NCBI GenBank assembly: GCA_032718475.1
Contig: JAUCBJ010008463.1
Coordinates: forward strand, 5,522-69,521
Source of the DNA: Nemertoderma westbladi
Taxonomy: Eukaryota > Animalia > Xenacoelomorpha
DNA: 64,000 bases
Direction of reading: 5' to 3'
Position numbers and translations under genes: made by a program. Below are positions 49,346 through 60,677 of this stretch, piece after piece. Positions within the stretch are counted from its first letter, which is position 1. Each line of letters begins with the position of its first letter. The notes below the pieces were generated by a model. It worked only from the letters and a program-made list of their open reading frames with translations, had not been told where the DNA came from and searched no databases.

Positions 49346-50526
49346 TGTAAAAGCTTTTGCGTCATTAACCGGTTATTTTCCCTTAAAGTACTCTGTAGTT
49401 GGTTTGCCAGGCATAAAAAGGCCGTGTCCTTGCTGTACTGGTGTTTTAGAGGACATAAAAGTCATTTCTTATGTATTTGTACTGTATTTGTACTTTAGAG
49501 GACATAATCCACAATCTCGTGACGCGATAAGCTAGATACTCTTGAAAACAGTGTCGCTACCATGACGATGGCTAACAGCTGATATTGCCACGTCGACGTT
49601 TCTTTGTTTCTTTGTTCTCTCGTTGTTCGGTTGACCAATCAGAGCGTTTGTTGTCTCTGTGTTGGAGGTGTATACAGAGGCTCAGTAGTTCAGTGTTATG
49701 TTTTTGCCCAGAGCCTAAGAACCGGCTTTTGGCACCTCCGTGTTTTCAGTTTTTAGCCTTACACTAGTAGGCTTAATTATAAGGACATATATCCGTTATC
49801 ATAACATAACATAACTTACCATACCTAATCAAACAACCTGTGCATACTTTTATATTGTTATACTGATATTTACTGTCGGTTCTTCATAATATGGTTGATG
49901 AATTATTATATTTGGAATAACGATAAATAACCCCGAAAACCCAATATTCTTGATATACCGAAGGTAAGAGAGAAAGGTTACATATAACGATTGTGACTTA
50001 TATTAAAGTGGTTTGAAGTGAATCTAATGTTATTTGATAGACCCTACATGATTCGGTCCGTGTTCCTTTTATATGTGACTAAAATCAGTGAAGATCGGCA
50101 GATCAGTGTGCAGTATTGTGCAGCATTGTGTATGAGTGAGACTGATAACGAAGCATTTCCTAAAGAATGCGCCATATATGTGAATTGTAACTAAGCCATA
50201 TCGTTGTGAGTAGTTTAAGTCATAACTCTGTTTATATAGATAGAGCGCCACGTCCTAAAGGAACTGTTAATATTCCCCGAAGGTGAATAATATTGTCAGA
50301 GATTATATAATACTGTCAGTCGAATAATACATTAGGCTTACATAGCAATACGATTAAGCCGTCGAACCCAATCTCCCGGGTATATCCAGCGGGTGAATGA
50401 TCGCGCACCGATTGGTTTCGACTAGTGTAGTGAATCAAATACTTGTCAGAGGCTAAAAGTGATTTATTATCTAGAAGACATCCTAATTTGGCGGGTTAAA
50501 CTGCCAAAGGTCTTAAAGCGCGAACA
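49346..50526 (+). repeat. 3' LTR of BEL/Pao element
   Basis: Direct repeat of 34714-35899; starts TGTAAAAG, ends GCGAACA. Confidence 0.93.
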
Positions 50527-52690
50527 ACCAAATTGTTCTAACTTAAAGACAATCTTTCCGGGAAGTACTGTCTCATTTAAATGTGTGACTAAATTTGTAA
50601 CAATATCTTCCGAAAAATTAATTCCAAAGGAAATAATGTCGTCTCGGTATCTTTTGTATTCTTGTGGACTGTTATTATAGGAAGACACTGCCGTGTCAAT
50701 GAATTTGGCTCCCCATATATCGGTGTAGGTACAAGAATAAGAAGGTCCCATAGCTGAACCCCCAGACTGGGTGAAGTGTTTGCCATTGAAAGCACAATTA
50801 TTGCTTTCAAGGCAAATTTTAAGAGCTTCTAATATGCATTCATTAGGTGGGTCACCTTCTGCAACAATTGTTCTGTATTGTTCCAGAGTTTCCTCAACTG
50901 CCGCTAAACCCATGCAGTTATCAACTGAAGGGAAGAAATTTGATACATCAAGGCACAAAAAGCTAGAGTTTGGCGGAAGGGGAGCTAGACGTTCATTTAT
51001 ATCTCGTATCCAAATCAAAACGTCAAATGTATTTTTTAGAAAAGCATCATGTTTGCTACCAAACTCGTGTAAATAATATTCAACAAACTTGCCCAAACGC
51101 TCAGTAACTGATCCACAGGCGGATTGAATATACCTCAATGGATGATTTTCCTTGTGTGTTTTCACATTTCCAAATACTGTACCTGGTTGTGGGTCCTGGC
51201 CAATGAGCCAATCCTTGCATTCAATGATTGTTTTCAAATTTTTCCATTTTAAAACAAATTGAGTCACTTTAACTAAATAATCTACAGAAGGATCCAAATC
51301 GTGCTGTTTAAAGCAAGATTTATCTTCTAAGTGTCGTTCAACACTACTACAATATGTTGAATTTTTCAGAACAACAAATCGTTGTGAACCTTTATCTTGA
51401 ATCCTAATAACACTTTCGCTCCCTATGGTGCCACATGTTTTCTTTAATTTAGTTAAAGCAATTCTCTCACTTTTACTTAAATTATCTTTTGTTTTAATTC
51501 GTTTAGATACATCAAATAAATCAGTTCTAACCTCATTCAAAAATTGTTCTAGAATCGGATTGTTAGAGTTCAATGAAAAACGAGATTTACCGGGCCACGG
51601 TTTTTTTCGTGGATGAAAATCAGGTGCTGTTTCACTTTCAACGGCCTGATCGTCTTCTCTGTGAACTACTGTAACCCCTAAATTTGTCTTCTTTTCTTGC
51701 ATGTAATTATCAAATTTTATTCTTATAGATGAAGCAAATTTTATAAAGTCTATGTTCGCCTGATACAAATCAGCATGTGGAGGAATTGGGCAAAACGAAG
51801 GTCCTTTCTTGAGCAATAAAATTGCTGGGTCATCGATTTCTATGTCTTCATAGACAACAGGATCAAATACAGTAGGGTCGCATTTGTTCATTGACATTGA
51901 ATCAACTAATCTATTTTCGATTTTTTTGCGTCTGTTTAAGTAATTAAGTCTACGTTGTGCGGATCTCTGAGGTCCAGGTTTATGTCTTTTATGAGACAAC
52001 AAATTATCGTATAAAACATTGCTAGGGCTTGAAGCAGAGCGGGTTTCATTCATTAAATTGTTCCACTTTTTTATCAGACGCTGTCTCACTGTACGAGAAG
52101 TGTTTTTCATGTGATCATAAACGCGGGACAAGATTGAATTCGAATTATCATAGGTGATAGCAGATGATTTAGCTCTCATAAAAAGACTAAGAAAATGTCT
52201 TCGCCTCGTCTCGGCATGAAGAGAAACAACTTCCAAAATATTTAATTCGGCTTTAAAAATATTATTTTTAGCTTTAATGCGAACCTGTTCAAAATGAATA
52301 GAATTACCAGGTAAATTAAGCTTTAAGCAAATCCTCAAACCCTTCGGTATTACGTTGTGCTTCTTGCAATTTTCAAGAAATTATCTTTGAAGTTGACCCA
52401 AAATTAGTTGCGAGCCTAAAGTTATTAATTGTAGGAACAAAATTCTTGGTACAATCGCCATTCATCCACAGTCAAAAATTAATATAAGTTTAAATTAAGT
52501 AAAGAAAGTTAGGGAATATGACTGTAGGGTGTGAGATCAAGTTGTTTTAGTATAATAATATTTTAAGATTTCAAAAAGTGACAACTTATATGATCAATCA
52601 CTAAAAATTTATTTTTTTATTATTATTAGCTTTCGATAGCTCTCTCTATCTTTTTCAAATAAACGATATTCTGGTATTGAAACGATATTC
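50527..52690 (-). mobile_element. Penelope-like element, 3'-truncated at the BEL LTR (RT present, GIY-YIG missing)
   Basis: FLENC..VIPKGL, LLKKGPSF, IQDKGS, KTHKENHPLRYI, LDVSNFFPSV, GSAMGPS, RYRDDI; ORF 50467-52338 runs a few codons into LTR sequence. Confidence 0.9.
52623..52662 (-). ncRNA. Putative minimal type I hammerhead ribozyme (U3-A8 core variant) in the Penelope 5' region
   Basis: Minus strand TTAT-TTGAAAAA-GATAG(agagag)CTATC-GAAA-GC-TA-ATAA: stem II, GAAA, palindromic stem III AGCT, UA site, 4-bp stem I. Confidence 0.55.
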
Positions 52691-53061
52691 ATCTTTATAC
52701 AAAATATAGTCAAAATATAAGTACGTTTTTTGTTAGAGTATTGTAGCGATACTGTATGCGGGACTTAGGAGATATACAGTAGTGGCGTCCCTAGTTGCCT
52801 AGCAACGGACGATGTGGAGTTTTACATACAGACTGTCCATCTATCATCTTTTGGTACCGTACACTGCAGTACCGGCACGCTGTGTGCTATACGGATGACT
52901 GCGGCCCTATCCCGGTATATCTATATCTTTACAGTAGCAATGCATTGCTAACTATTATTATTATTATAATACATAATAACCCGCGCTTCGATTTATTCAT
53001 TGAGAATAACGCCGCTACATTTGGTGACCCGGCACTCGCAAACTTCCGACCTCATCATACC

Positions 53062-53826
53062 ATGCCCCTTGAAGCTGCCGACATCCAGGCTTTGGCCGAG
53101 GCCATTCAAGGCCTCAACGTGGCTCCAGCGGCTGCCGCCGCAGCCGCCCCGGCCGCCGCTGTATCTGCAGTCTCCCTCAAGCTCCCCACCTTCTGGACCA
53201 ACGACCCAGACTTGTGGTTCACTCAAGTGGAGGCACAATTTGACATTCGAAACATTACTGCAGACAAGACGAAGTTTCACTACATCGTCTCTGCACTTGA
53301 TAATGCCACTGCCGCCGAGGTCCGGAAAATCGTCATGGAACCACCCACCACCGATGCCTACCCTACCCTCAAGAAGGCCCTCACGGAAGCCTTCGGCCGC
53401 ACTCAGGCCTCGAAGGATGCCGAACTTCTCCGTCTCTCCGGCATCGGGGACCGCCGCCCAACCGCTCTCCTCCGGCACATCCAGGGCCTGAACGCCGACC
53501 CCGAGACACTCCTTCGGGCGTTATACTTTCAGCTTCTCCCAGTGGAGGTGCGACGCGTCCTTGCCGGTTCGAACAAAACGAACATCGAGGAGTTGGCCAA
53601 AGACGCAGACCGCATCATGGAGGCCTCGAACCCAGTGTCAGGCGTCTCCGCTGTCCGCCGCCCCGGAGCACCACGTTCCTCGTCATCGTCTCAGGAACTC
53701 TGTTACTACCACAGCCGGTTCGGGGATTCTGCTCGCAACTGCGAACACGGCCGATGCCCGCTAGCCTCCCTCGTCAAACGTTCCGGCCCCTCCAAACCGC
53801 CGGGAAACGCCGGCGCCGGCCGCTAG
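53062..53826 (+). CDS. Gypsy Gag (CsRn1 type)
   Basis: LPTFWTNDPDLWFTQVEAQF and CYYHSRFG..ARNC..C motifs; ATG just after the PBS. Confidence 0.9.
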   Translation: MPLEAADIQALAEAIQGLNVAPAAAAAAAPAAAVSAVSLKLPTFWTNDPDLWFTQVEAQFDIRNITADKTKFHYIVSALDNATAAEVRKIVMEPPTTDAYPTLKKALTEAFGRTQASKDAELLRLSGIGDRRPTALLRHIQGLNADPETLLRALYFQLLPVEVRRVLAGSNKTNIEELAKDADRIMEASNPVSGVSAVRRPGAPRSSSSSQELCYYHSRFGDSARNCEHGRCPLASLVKRSGPSKPPGNAGAGR

Positions 53827-56800
53827 TCCCTGCGGTTGGCGTCTCCAGGAAGGGGCAGAAAACTATTATGGTAGAGGACAGCCGCACTGGCTGCACCTTC
53901 CTAGTGGACTGCGGAGCCGAGGTCTCCGTCATTCCGGCCTCGGCTGCCGACCGTGCAACCCGAACCCGCTCTCCTCCCCTTCTCGCAGCTAACGGCTCTT
54001 CAATTTCGACGTGGGGAGACCGTTCCTTCTCCTTCCGCCTCGGTAAGGCTACACCCAGGGATTTCTCTTTCGACTTCGCTGTCGCCGACGTCCCCAAGGC
54101 CATCCTCGGGGCGGATTTCTTCGCCGAAAATAACCTGGCCATCGACCTCCGCAACCGCCGCCTCATATCTCTCGACGATGGAACTATCTTCCCCGCTTTC
54201 GCCTCGTCCTTCCATGGAGGTATCTCAGGCCTCCACCTTGCCGCCATCTCAGCTTTCGACCGGATAATCGACGAATTTCCGGAGGTCGTCATTCCCCGAT
54301 TCGAACTCGGCGATGTCAACAAGCACGGCATCGAGCATCATATAGTCACGGAGGGACCACCACTTCATGCTCGCGCCCGCCGGCTCGACCCCGAGAAGCT
54401 GGCTGTTGCGAAGGCCGAGTTCGCAAAAATGGAAGAACTCGGAATAATCCGGCGTTCTTGCTCCCCATGGGCATCTCCGCTTCACATCGTGTCAAAACCC
54501 GACGGTGGATCGCGGCCTTGTGGCGATTTCCGCCGACTGAACGAGGCGACAGTGGGGGACCGCTACCCGCTCCCCCACATCCAGGACTTTAACGGTGGCC
54601 TGGCTGGCAATGTCATATTTTCAAAGATAGACCTCGCCCGCAGCTACCACCAGGTCCCCGTCCATGCCAGCGACGTCCCCAAGACGGCCATTATCACTCC
54701 CTTCGGCCTCTGGGAGTTCTTGAGAATGCCTTTTGGCCTTAAGAACGCCGCCCAGGCTTTCCAGAGGCTGATGGATGCCGTCCTTCGTGGTATACCATAT
54801 GTTTTCGTCTACCTCGATGACATACTCGTGTCCAGCAAGTCCGAGGCCGAACACATCGACCACCTCCGCCATGTCTTCCGCCTCCTCGCAGACAACGGCC
54901 TCGTCGTCCAGCGGAAGAAATGTGTGTTCGGCCAGACAGAGATCGAATACCTCGGCCACCTCGTGTCCGCCACCGGCGTTCGGCCACTGCTCTCCAAAGT
55001 TAAAGCAGTCCTAGAGTTCTCCACCCCGACAGACAAGGCCGGGCTACAGCGATTTCTGGGGATGCTGAACTACTATCACCGTTTCCTCCCCAACATCGCA
55101 GGATGCCTCGCCCCTCTCCACGAGGCCACCAAGTCCACCCCTGGTGCGTTTGCTTGGAACTCTGAGTGTGCCAACGCATTCGCCGCCGCCAAGCGTGCCC
55201 TCGCCGACGCCGCTCTATTGTGCCACCCCCGGACATCCGACTTCCTGTCTGTGTCGTGCGACGCCTCCGGCACCGCCATAGGAGCCTCCCTCGATCAGCG
55301 CGCATCGGCTTCAGAGGACTGGCAGCCACTCGCTTTCTTCTCCCGCAAGTTGTCCTCGGCCGAGAAGAAATACAGCGTTTTTGACCGCGAGCTCCTCGCC
55401 ATGTTCGCGGCCATCTGCCATTTCCGACATTTCGTCGAGGGCCGGCCCTTCATTATCTACACTGACCACCGCCCTCTGACCTTCGCATTCGCCAACACCG
55501 CCGAGCGTTCCCCCCGCCAGACACGCCACTTGGCCTTTGTGTCGGAATTCTCTACCGACGTCCGACACATTTCCGGTAAGGCCAACGTCGTCGCCGACGC
55601 TCTTTCCCGGTCCGACGACTGCACACCCGCCTCTAACCCACTAGTCGGTGCTCTCCTCGCGCCCGAGGTCGACTTTGCCGCCCTAGCCGTGGCTCAGACA
55701 GCCGCCTCGGTCGAGATCTCGGCCTACAGGACATCCATTTCCGGCCTCCACCTGGCCGACATACCATGCCGCGACTTCACGGTCTTGTGCGACACCTCGA
55801 CGGGCCGGAACCGCCCCGTCGTCCCGGATGGCTGGCGCGGCCGGATCTTCGAGGCCATCCATGGCCTCTCACATGTCGGTCCAAAGCCCACCATCCGCGC
55901 CATCTCCGAGCGTTTTATCTGGCATGGGATGAAGAAAGACGTGCGCCGACGCTGCCTCGAGTGCGCCGCCTGCCAGGCCTCCAAGGTCGGCCGCCATGTC
56001 CATGCGCCACTAGAAAGTCGCCCTGCCCCTGAGGCCCGATTCGAGAGCCTCCACGTAGACATCGTTGGTCCACTTCCACCATCGGAAGGCCACGGCTACC
56101 TATTCACAATCATCGACAGGTTCACACGGTGGCCTGAGGCCATCCCCATTATCGACGCCACCGCTGAGACGTGTGCCCGCGCACTTCTACGGGGCTGGAT
56201 CGCCAGGTTCGGGATACCCGGGGACATCACCTCCGATCGCGGGGCGCAGTTTACCTCTCACCTGTGGGCCGAGCTTCACAACCTCCTCGGGATCTCGGCC
56301 TCCACTACTACATCCTACCACCCACAGGCGAATGGGATGATCGAGCGACTCCATCGCCAACTCAAGGCATCGCTCAAGGCCCGCCTACATGGACCGAAAT
56401 GGATGGACGAACTCCCACTAGTCCTACTCGGGATCAGGACGGCTTGGAAGGAGGACCCTGGCTGCTCACCCGCCGACCTCGTCTATGGCACCCCCCTCCA
56501 CGTGCCTGGCGAGTTCGTGGGCCCTGGGTCCGCGCGAACAGAGACTCCAACCTCAGCTTTCGTCTCCGACCTCAAGGAACGCCTCAAGTCAGCTGTTCCC
56601 CCGCCGACAAACTTCCACGGCTCACCGTCAACCTCCCACATCCCGGCATCCCTGGCCTCGACAGGTTACGTGTATGTACGCCGTGGTGGTCATGTAGGAC
56701 CTCTCAACCGCCCCTATGCTGGCCCCTACAAAATCATTAAGGTGGAGCCAAAAACTTTCCTCCTTGACCTCAATGGCCGCCTGGATCATGTCTCCATCGA

Positions 56801-57038
56801 CAGACTGAAGATTGCCTTCATTCCGCGGCCGCCCACGATCCCACCGGCACCGTCGGCATCTTCGTCAGATCCCGACCTTCCGGCGCCTTCCTACGCTGCC
56901 GTAGCAGCCACTCCAGCACGACATACCAGTCCTTACGCCAGGCCCAAGGCCCACTCGAAACCTCCCACCACGACGTCGTCCACGTTTCAGACTCGTTCCG
57001 GCCGACAGGTCCGCCGTCCGGAAAGATATACCACCTAA
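53754..57038 (+). CDS. Gypsy Pol (PR, RT, RNase H, IN), probably via -1 frameshift
   Basis: LVDCGAEVS, YLDD, CDAS, HVDIVGP/SDRGAQF/NGMIER, GPY; intact 1094 codons in the -1 frame to gag. Confidence 0.97.
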   Translation: MPASLPRQTFRPLQTAGKRRRRPLVPAVGVSRKGQKTIMVEDSRTGCTFLVDCGAEVSVIPASAADRATRTRSPPLLAANGSSISTWGDRSFSFRLGKATPRDFSFDFAVADVPKAILGADFFAENNLAIDLRNRRLISLDDGTIFPAFASSFHGGISGLHLAAISAFDRIIDEFPEVVIPRFELGDVNKHGIEHHIVTEGPPLHARARRLDPEKLAVAKAEFAKMEELGIIRRSCSPWASPLHIVSKPDGGSRPCGDFRRLNEATVGDRYPLPHIQDFNGGLAGNVIFSKIDLARSYHQVPVHASDVPKTAIITPFGLWEFLRMPFGLKNAAQAFQRLMDAVLRGIPYVFVYLDDILVSSKSEAEHIDHLRHVFRLLADNGLVVQRKKCVFGQTEIEYLGHLVSATGVRPLLSKVKAVLEFSTPTDKAGLQRFLGMLNYYHRFLPNIAGCLAPLHEATKSTPGAFAWNSECANAFAAAKRALADAALLCHPRTSDFLSVSCDASGTAIGASLDQRASASEDWQPLAFFSRKLSSAEKKYSVFDRELLAMFAAICHFRHFVEGRPFIIYTDHRPLTFAFANTAERSPRQTRHLAFVSEFSTDVRHISGKANVVADALSRSDDCTPASNPLVGALLAPEVDFAALAVAQTAASVEISAYRTSISGLHLADIPCRDFTVLCDTSTGRNRPVVPDGWRGRIFEAIHGLSHVGPKPTIRAISERFIWHGMKKDVRRRCLECAACQASKVGRHVHAPLESRPAPEARFESLHVDIVGPLPPSEGHGYLFTIIDRFTRWPEAIPIIDATAETCARALLRGWIARFGIPGDITSDRGAQFTSHLWAELHNLLGISASTTTSYHPQANGMIERLHRQLKASLKARLHGPKWMDELPLVLLGIRTAWKEDPGCSPADLVYGTPLHVPGEFVGPGSARTETPTSAFVSDLKERLKSAVPPPTNFHGSPSTSHIPASLASTGYVYVRRGGHVGPLNRPYAGPYKIIKVEPKTFLLDLNGRLDHVSIDRLKIAFIPRPPTIPPAPSASSSDPDLPAPSYAAVAATPARHTSPYARPKAHSKPPTTTSSTFQTRSGRQVRRPERYTT
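53802..53843 (+). promoter_or_regulatory. -1 ribosomal frameshift signal
   Basis: Slippery heptamer GGGAAAC (53802-53808) followed by stem GGCGCCGGCCGC...GCGGTTGGCGTC in the gag/pol overlap. Confidence 0.8.
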
Positions 57039-58438
57039 CATTCATCGCCACTATTAGGGATTTATCGTGTTACCACACTTGAGGGGGGGTTATGTAGCGA
57101 TACTGTATGCGGGACTTAGGAGATATACAGTAGTGGCGTCCCTAGTTGCCTAGCAACGGACGATGTGGAGTTTTACATACAGACTGTCCATCTATCATCT
57201 TTTGGTACCGTACACTGCAGTACCGGCACGCTGTGTGCTATACGGATGACTGCGGCCCTATCCCGGTATATCTATATCTTTACAGTAGCAATGCATTGCT
57301 AACTATTATTATTATTATAATACATAATAACCCGCGCTTCGATTTATTCATTGAGAATAACGCCGCTACAGTATCAACTAATTGGACATTCCTGATATTA
57401 GCTGAGCTGCTGTCACGTCGTTTGGTTAAAAGATTAGCTACTGTAAGCTACTTCGGAACAGAGAAGGGTTCAAGTGCGGGCGTTGGACACCTGTTGGGCA
57501 TGTCTTGCTCCAGGTCACGTACGTTATAAATAATTATATATATATATAAATAATATACAAATAATAATAAATACAACAATCGCAGTAACTAATCAGGTGC
57601 TGCCTAAAAACCCCCTTCTAATGCTGCATTGAAGATGGTTGGTTGCAAAACGTATGTTGAAGATCTCAACGATAAATTCCCTTCAATGTTAAATTTCGAA
57701 CAATATCAAATGTTCTAGAATGGAAAAGATTAATTGTGTTTAATAAAAAAAAACTATATTCAGGGGCCAACTTTCACAAGCAACATCTGGCGCTCTGCAG
57801 GACACCGTGCCATTTAATATCACGATCCACTGGAAGCTATGCAGCATTAAAAAACCATCCCACGAAATATCTGAGACTGCAACTGAAAATACAGGAAGTA
57901 CATCTTCTTGGATTTACAATATATTTGACTGGAAATCATGCCCGCCAAAGCGACAACTTGAAACCAGCAACATATAATCGCCCTTTTTAATTAACTCGCT
58001 TTTTTTTCTTTGTATGCACTTATTACATTATATATTCAGAAAAATAAAGTGCCAATAAACCATTTACCCCGTGGGTGGGATAAATGATTACCCCCGTGGG
58101 ATAATTATCTTCTAACTTCCCATACATCTTTCAATAAAGTGCCGGAATTGGACAATATTAAGGGGGGAGGGGGTTGCGGGGTGGGGATGGCACCCTCAAT
58201 AATAGAGCCTCACATTTGTTCAGAATATCACCCCATTTCAGTTAAAATTAACTGATAATAGCTTTTTCATGAAAAAACGTCATTCTGAGATATATAAGCC
58301 TTCTCATATAGGTGTTTAGGAACAATTCATACTTTCCCGCTATTTTAGATAGGCCCCTAATACCATTTTTCTTTGTTCAACAATAACTTTGTCAAAAATG
58401 TATGAAATTCAACGAAATTTTTCGGGGAACTATCGAAA

Positions 58439-58569
58439 ATTCATCTTTATACAAAATACAGTCAAAATATAAGTACGTTTTTTGTTAGAGTATCAACTAA
58501 TTGGACATTCCTGATATTAGCTGAGCTGCTGTCACGTCGTTTGGTTAAAAGATTAGCTACTGTAAGCTA
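58439..58569 (+). repeat. About 130-bp direct repeat equal to the empty Gypsy target site
   Basis: Matches 52687-52741 joined to 57375-57449 with a single GTAT. Confidence 0.9.
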
Positions 58570-59512
58570 ATGTACACGTAACTACTGGATGTAGTACAGT
58601 ATAACGCGCATGTTAGTGGTTCAATTTTATTGTAAATAAATGGTTATGCATTATTGCAGGATTATTATTACATGCATAATTATTTCATGCACGCAAGGCA
58701 GGCATGCATGCATCATTATTTTATTTTAGTGGAAACAGTTCTCAATGTAATTTTCATTATTACATGTGTATTGTATGAATATTTGAAATTGGCCTAATCG
58801 ATTAATTGATATTTTTCTATAGTAATTATTACATTTACATACATACCAAACACAACTTACGGAAGGGACATGATACGATATGATTCATGTTTACTTTATG
58901 TAGGCCTATGTAACACACTCTATTGCCAATCTCGGGTATGAATCACCAGGAATCATTATAACTTTTCTCCGTGAGCTGATTTGCTATCCTTCAACCAACG
59001 CTCTGGAGTACTCGGTCTTTACAACAATTCTTTACTTCTGCCGTTCTTCAACACCAAATCAATAAACACATAAACTTATTGCGTTAACCAGAACCGAGCG
59101 GTACATTAATTCTACCCCCACACCAAAGAGGCTGCACTACATCCCTACCTATAATTCTTACTGTAGTGGAATACAATAATTATAATATATATTACACTAT
59201 ATATATACCAATTACATACCGGTAAACAAACAACAATAACAAACATATATATATATATATATACTGTATGTAGTTACTGTATGTGTATATACCAATTACA
59301 TATCGGTATTTATTGTAGTTACTGTATATATACTACTGTACGTACACTGTACTATACATGTACATGTACTGCACATATACTACTAGTTACTGGTAGTTAC
59401 TGTATGTATATACATACCAATTACATATCATCGGTATAATAGGCCGAACCAAAATACTATGTACAGGTACACTTACAGTATAATTGAAATGACTGTGTGC
59501 CAAATTATTTAT

Positions 59513-60677
59513 TACTACTGTACTACTACTACTACTACTACTAGGTCGAGCGAACTCGGACAGTGGAAATGAGATCCTTCCAGGCTTCCCGATTCTCCAT
59601 AGTTGTCGCAATTTCGTTTATCCCAAGTTCAGTATCCCTTTCAAGATGATCTATATATGTAATGGCCGGTCGTCCTCGACTACGCTTTCCATGAGTTGGT
59701 TGCCAGAAAAGTAGATCTGGTATGGCCTCGTCTTTACTTCGCCAGCAGTGCTCACTGAATCTTAATCTGCGTTCACGGAGGGTGGTTGATACAGGTGGTA
59801 TTGTACCATAAAGCTCGGCGTTTGTCATGTGTTGTCTCCAGCTGATGTTTAGGGCTGCCCTTAGTAGTCTTGTGTAGCAACCATCAATTCGTTGTTCAAG
59901 TGATTTAGTCAGTGTCCAGGTCTCACCCCCGTATAAAAATACACTTTCCACTGTGGCTCGAAATAACTTAGTCTTCTGGTGCCTGGAGAGATCTGATTTC
60001 CAGATGGTATCCATTTTTGATAGAGCTACCCAAGCCTTTGCTTTCCTAACTTCTATGTCCTTTTTGCTACTCTCTATCCATAATCCAAGGTACTGGAAGT
60101 CATCGACCTTCCTTAGTTGATTATTATCAATGGTTGTCAAGTTTCCATCAACATTAAAAGTCATGAATTCGGTCTTAGTAGCATTTATATACAATCCAAC
60201 CTCCTTAGCAGCCCTCTCCACTTTATTTAGTAGAAGCTGTGCATCTGCTAGCGTATTAGAGAGCAGGACGATGTCATCCGCAAAATCGGTGTCTGTGACT
60301 GTAGTTGCCGGATATCTACTACTCCTGCGTTCTTGAAGTGTGAATCCCAGATCTTCACCCTTTGTGACCGTCCTCATTGCGTAATCCAGTACAATTACAA
60401 ATAGTATTGGTGCTAATGTGTCACCTTGCAGTACGCCAGCCAGGATTGAGAAAAACTCAGTTTCACCATCTGGTGAGAGTACCTGTGCTTCTGTGTCACA
60501 ATATAACAATCCAATGCCAGCTACAATTACTTTTGGTATTCCATAAGCTCTTAGGATTTCAAGCATTTTACCTCTATGGATGGATTCGAATGCCTTCTTG
60601 GAGTCCACAAAAGTCATGACTGCGGGGAGATTCTTTGACTTATTTCCTCCAATCAGTCTCCGTAGTGCAAGTATCTG
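59513..60677 (-). mobile_element. RTE-like LINE (family B), RT and C-terminus, (TAG)n tail, interrupted by Copia
   Basis: ORF 59541-60617 with GVLQGDTLAP, DFADD, FQYLG, RLRFSEH; the stop codon is the first unit of the TAG tail. Confidence 0.93.

Larger units (their letters stand above)
34714..50526 (+). mobile_element. Large (15.8 kb) BEL/Pao LTR retrotransposon with an additional ORF
   Basis: About 1.18-kb TG...CA direct repeats; gag, PR-RT-RH-IN order; PPT-like GGGAGCGG before the 3' LTR; no TSD. Confidence 0.95.
52742..57370 (+). mobile_element. Full-length, young Ty3/Gypsy LTR retrotransposon (CsRn1-like)
   Basis: Apparently identical 278-bp LTRs 52742-53019 and 57093-57370; 4-bp TSD GTAT; PBS TGGTGACCC (tRNA-Trp-like); PPT GAGGGGGGG. 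Confidence 0.97.

Noticed and set aside
52795-53061. N-terminal extension of the Gypsy gag ORF and its twin ORF 57146-57529
   Set aside because: Read-through of LTR sequence from a non-ATG codon; the likely start is ATG 53062
53774-57051. Many overlapping antisense or alternate-frame ORFs in Gypsy pol
   Set aside because: Expected shadow ORFs of GC-rich coding DNA; no recognisable motifs
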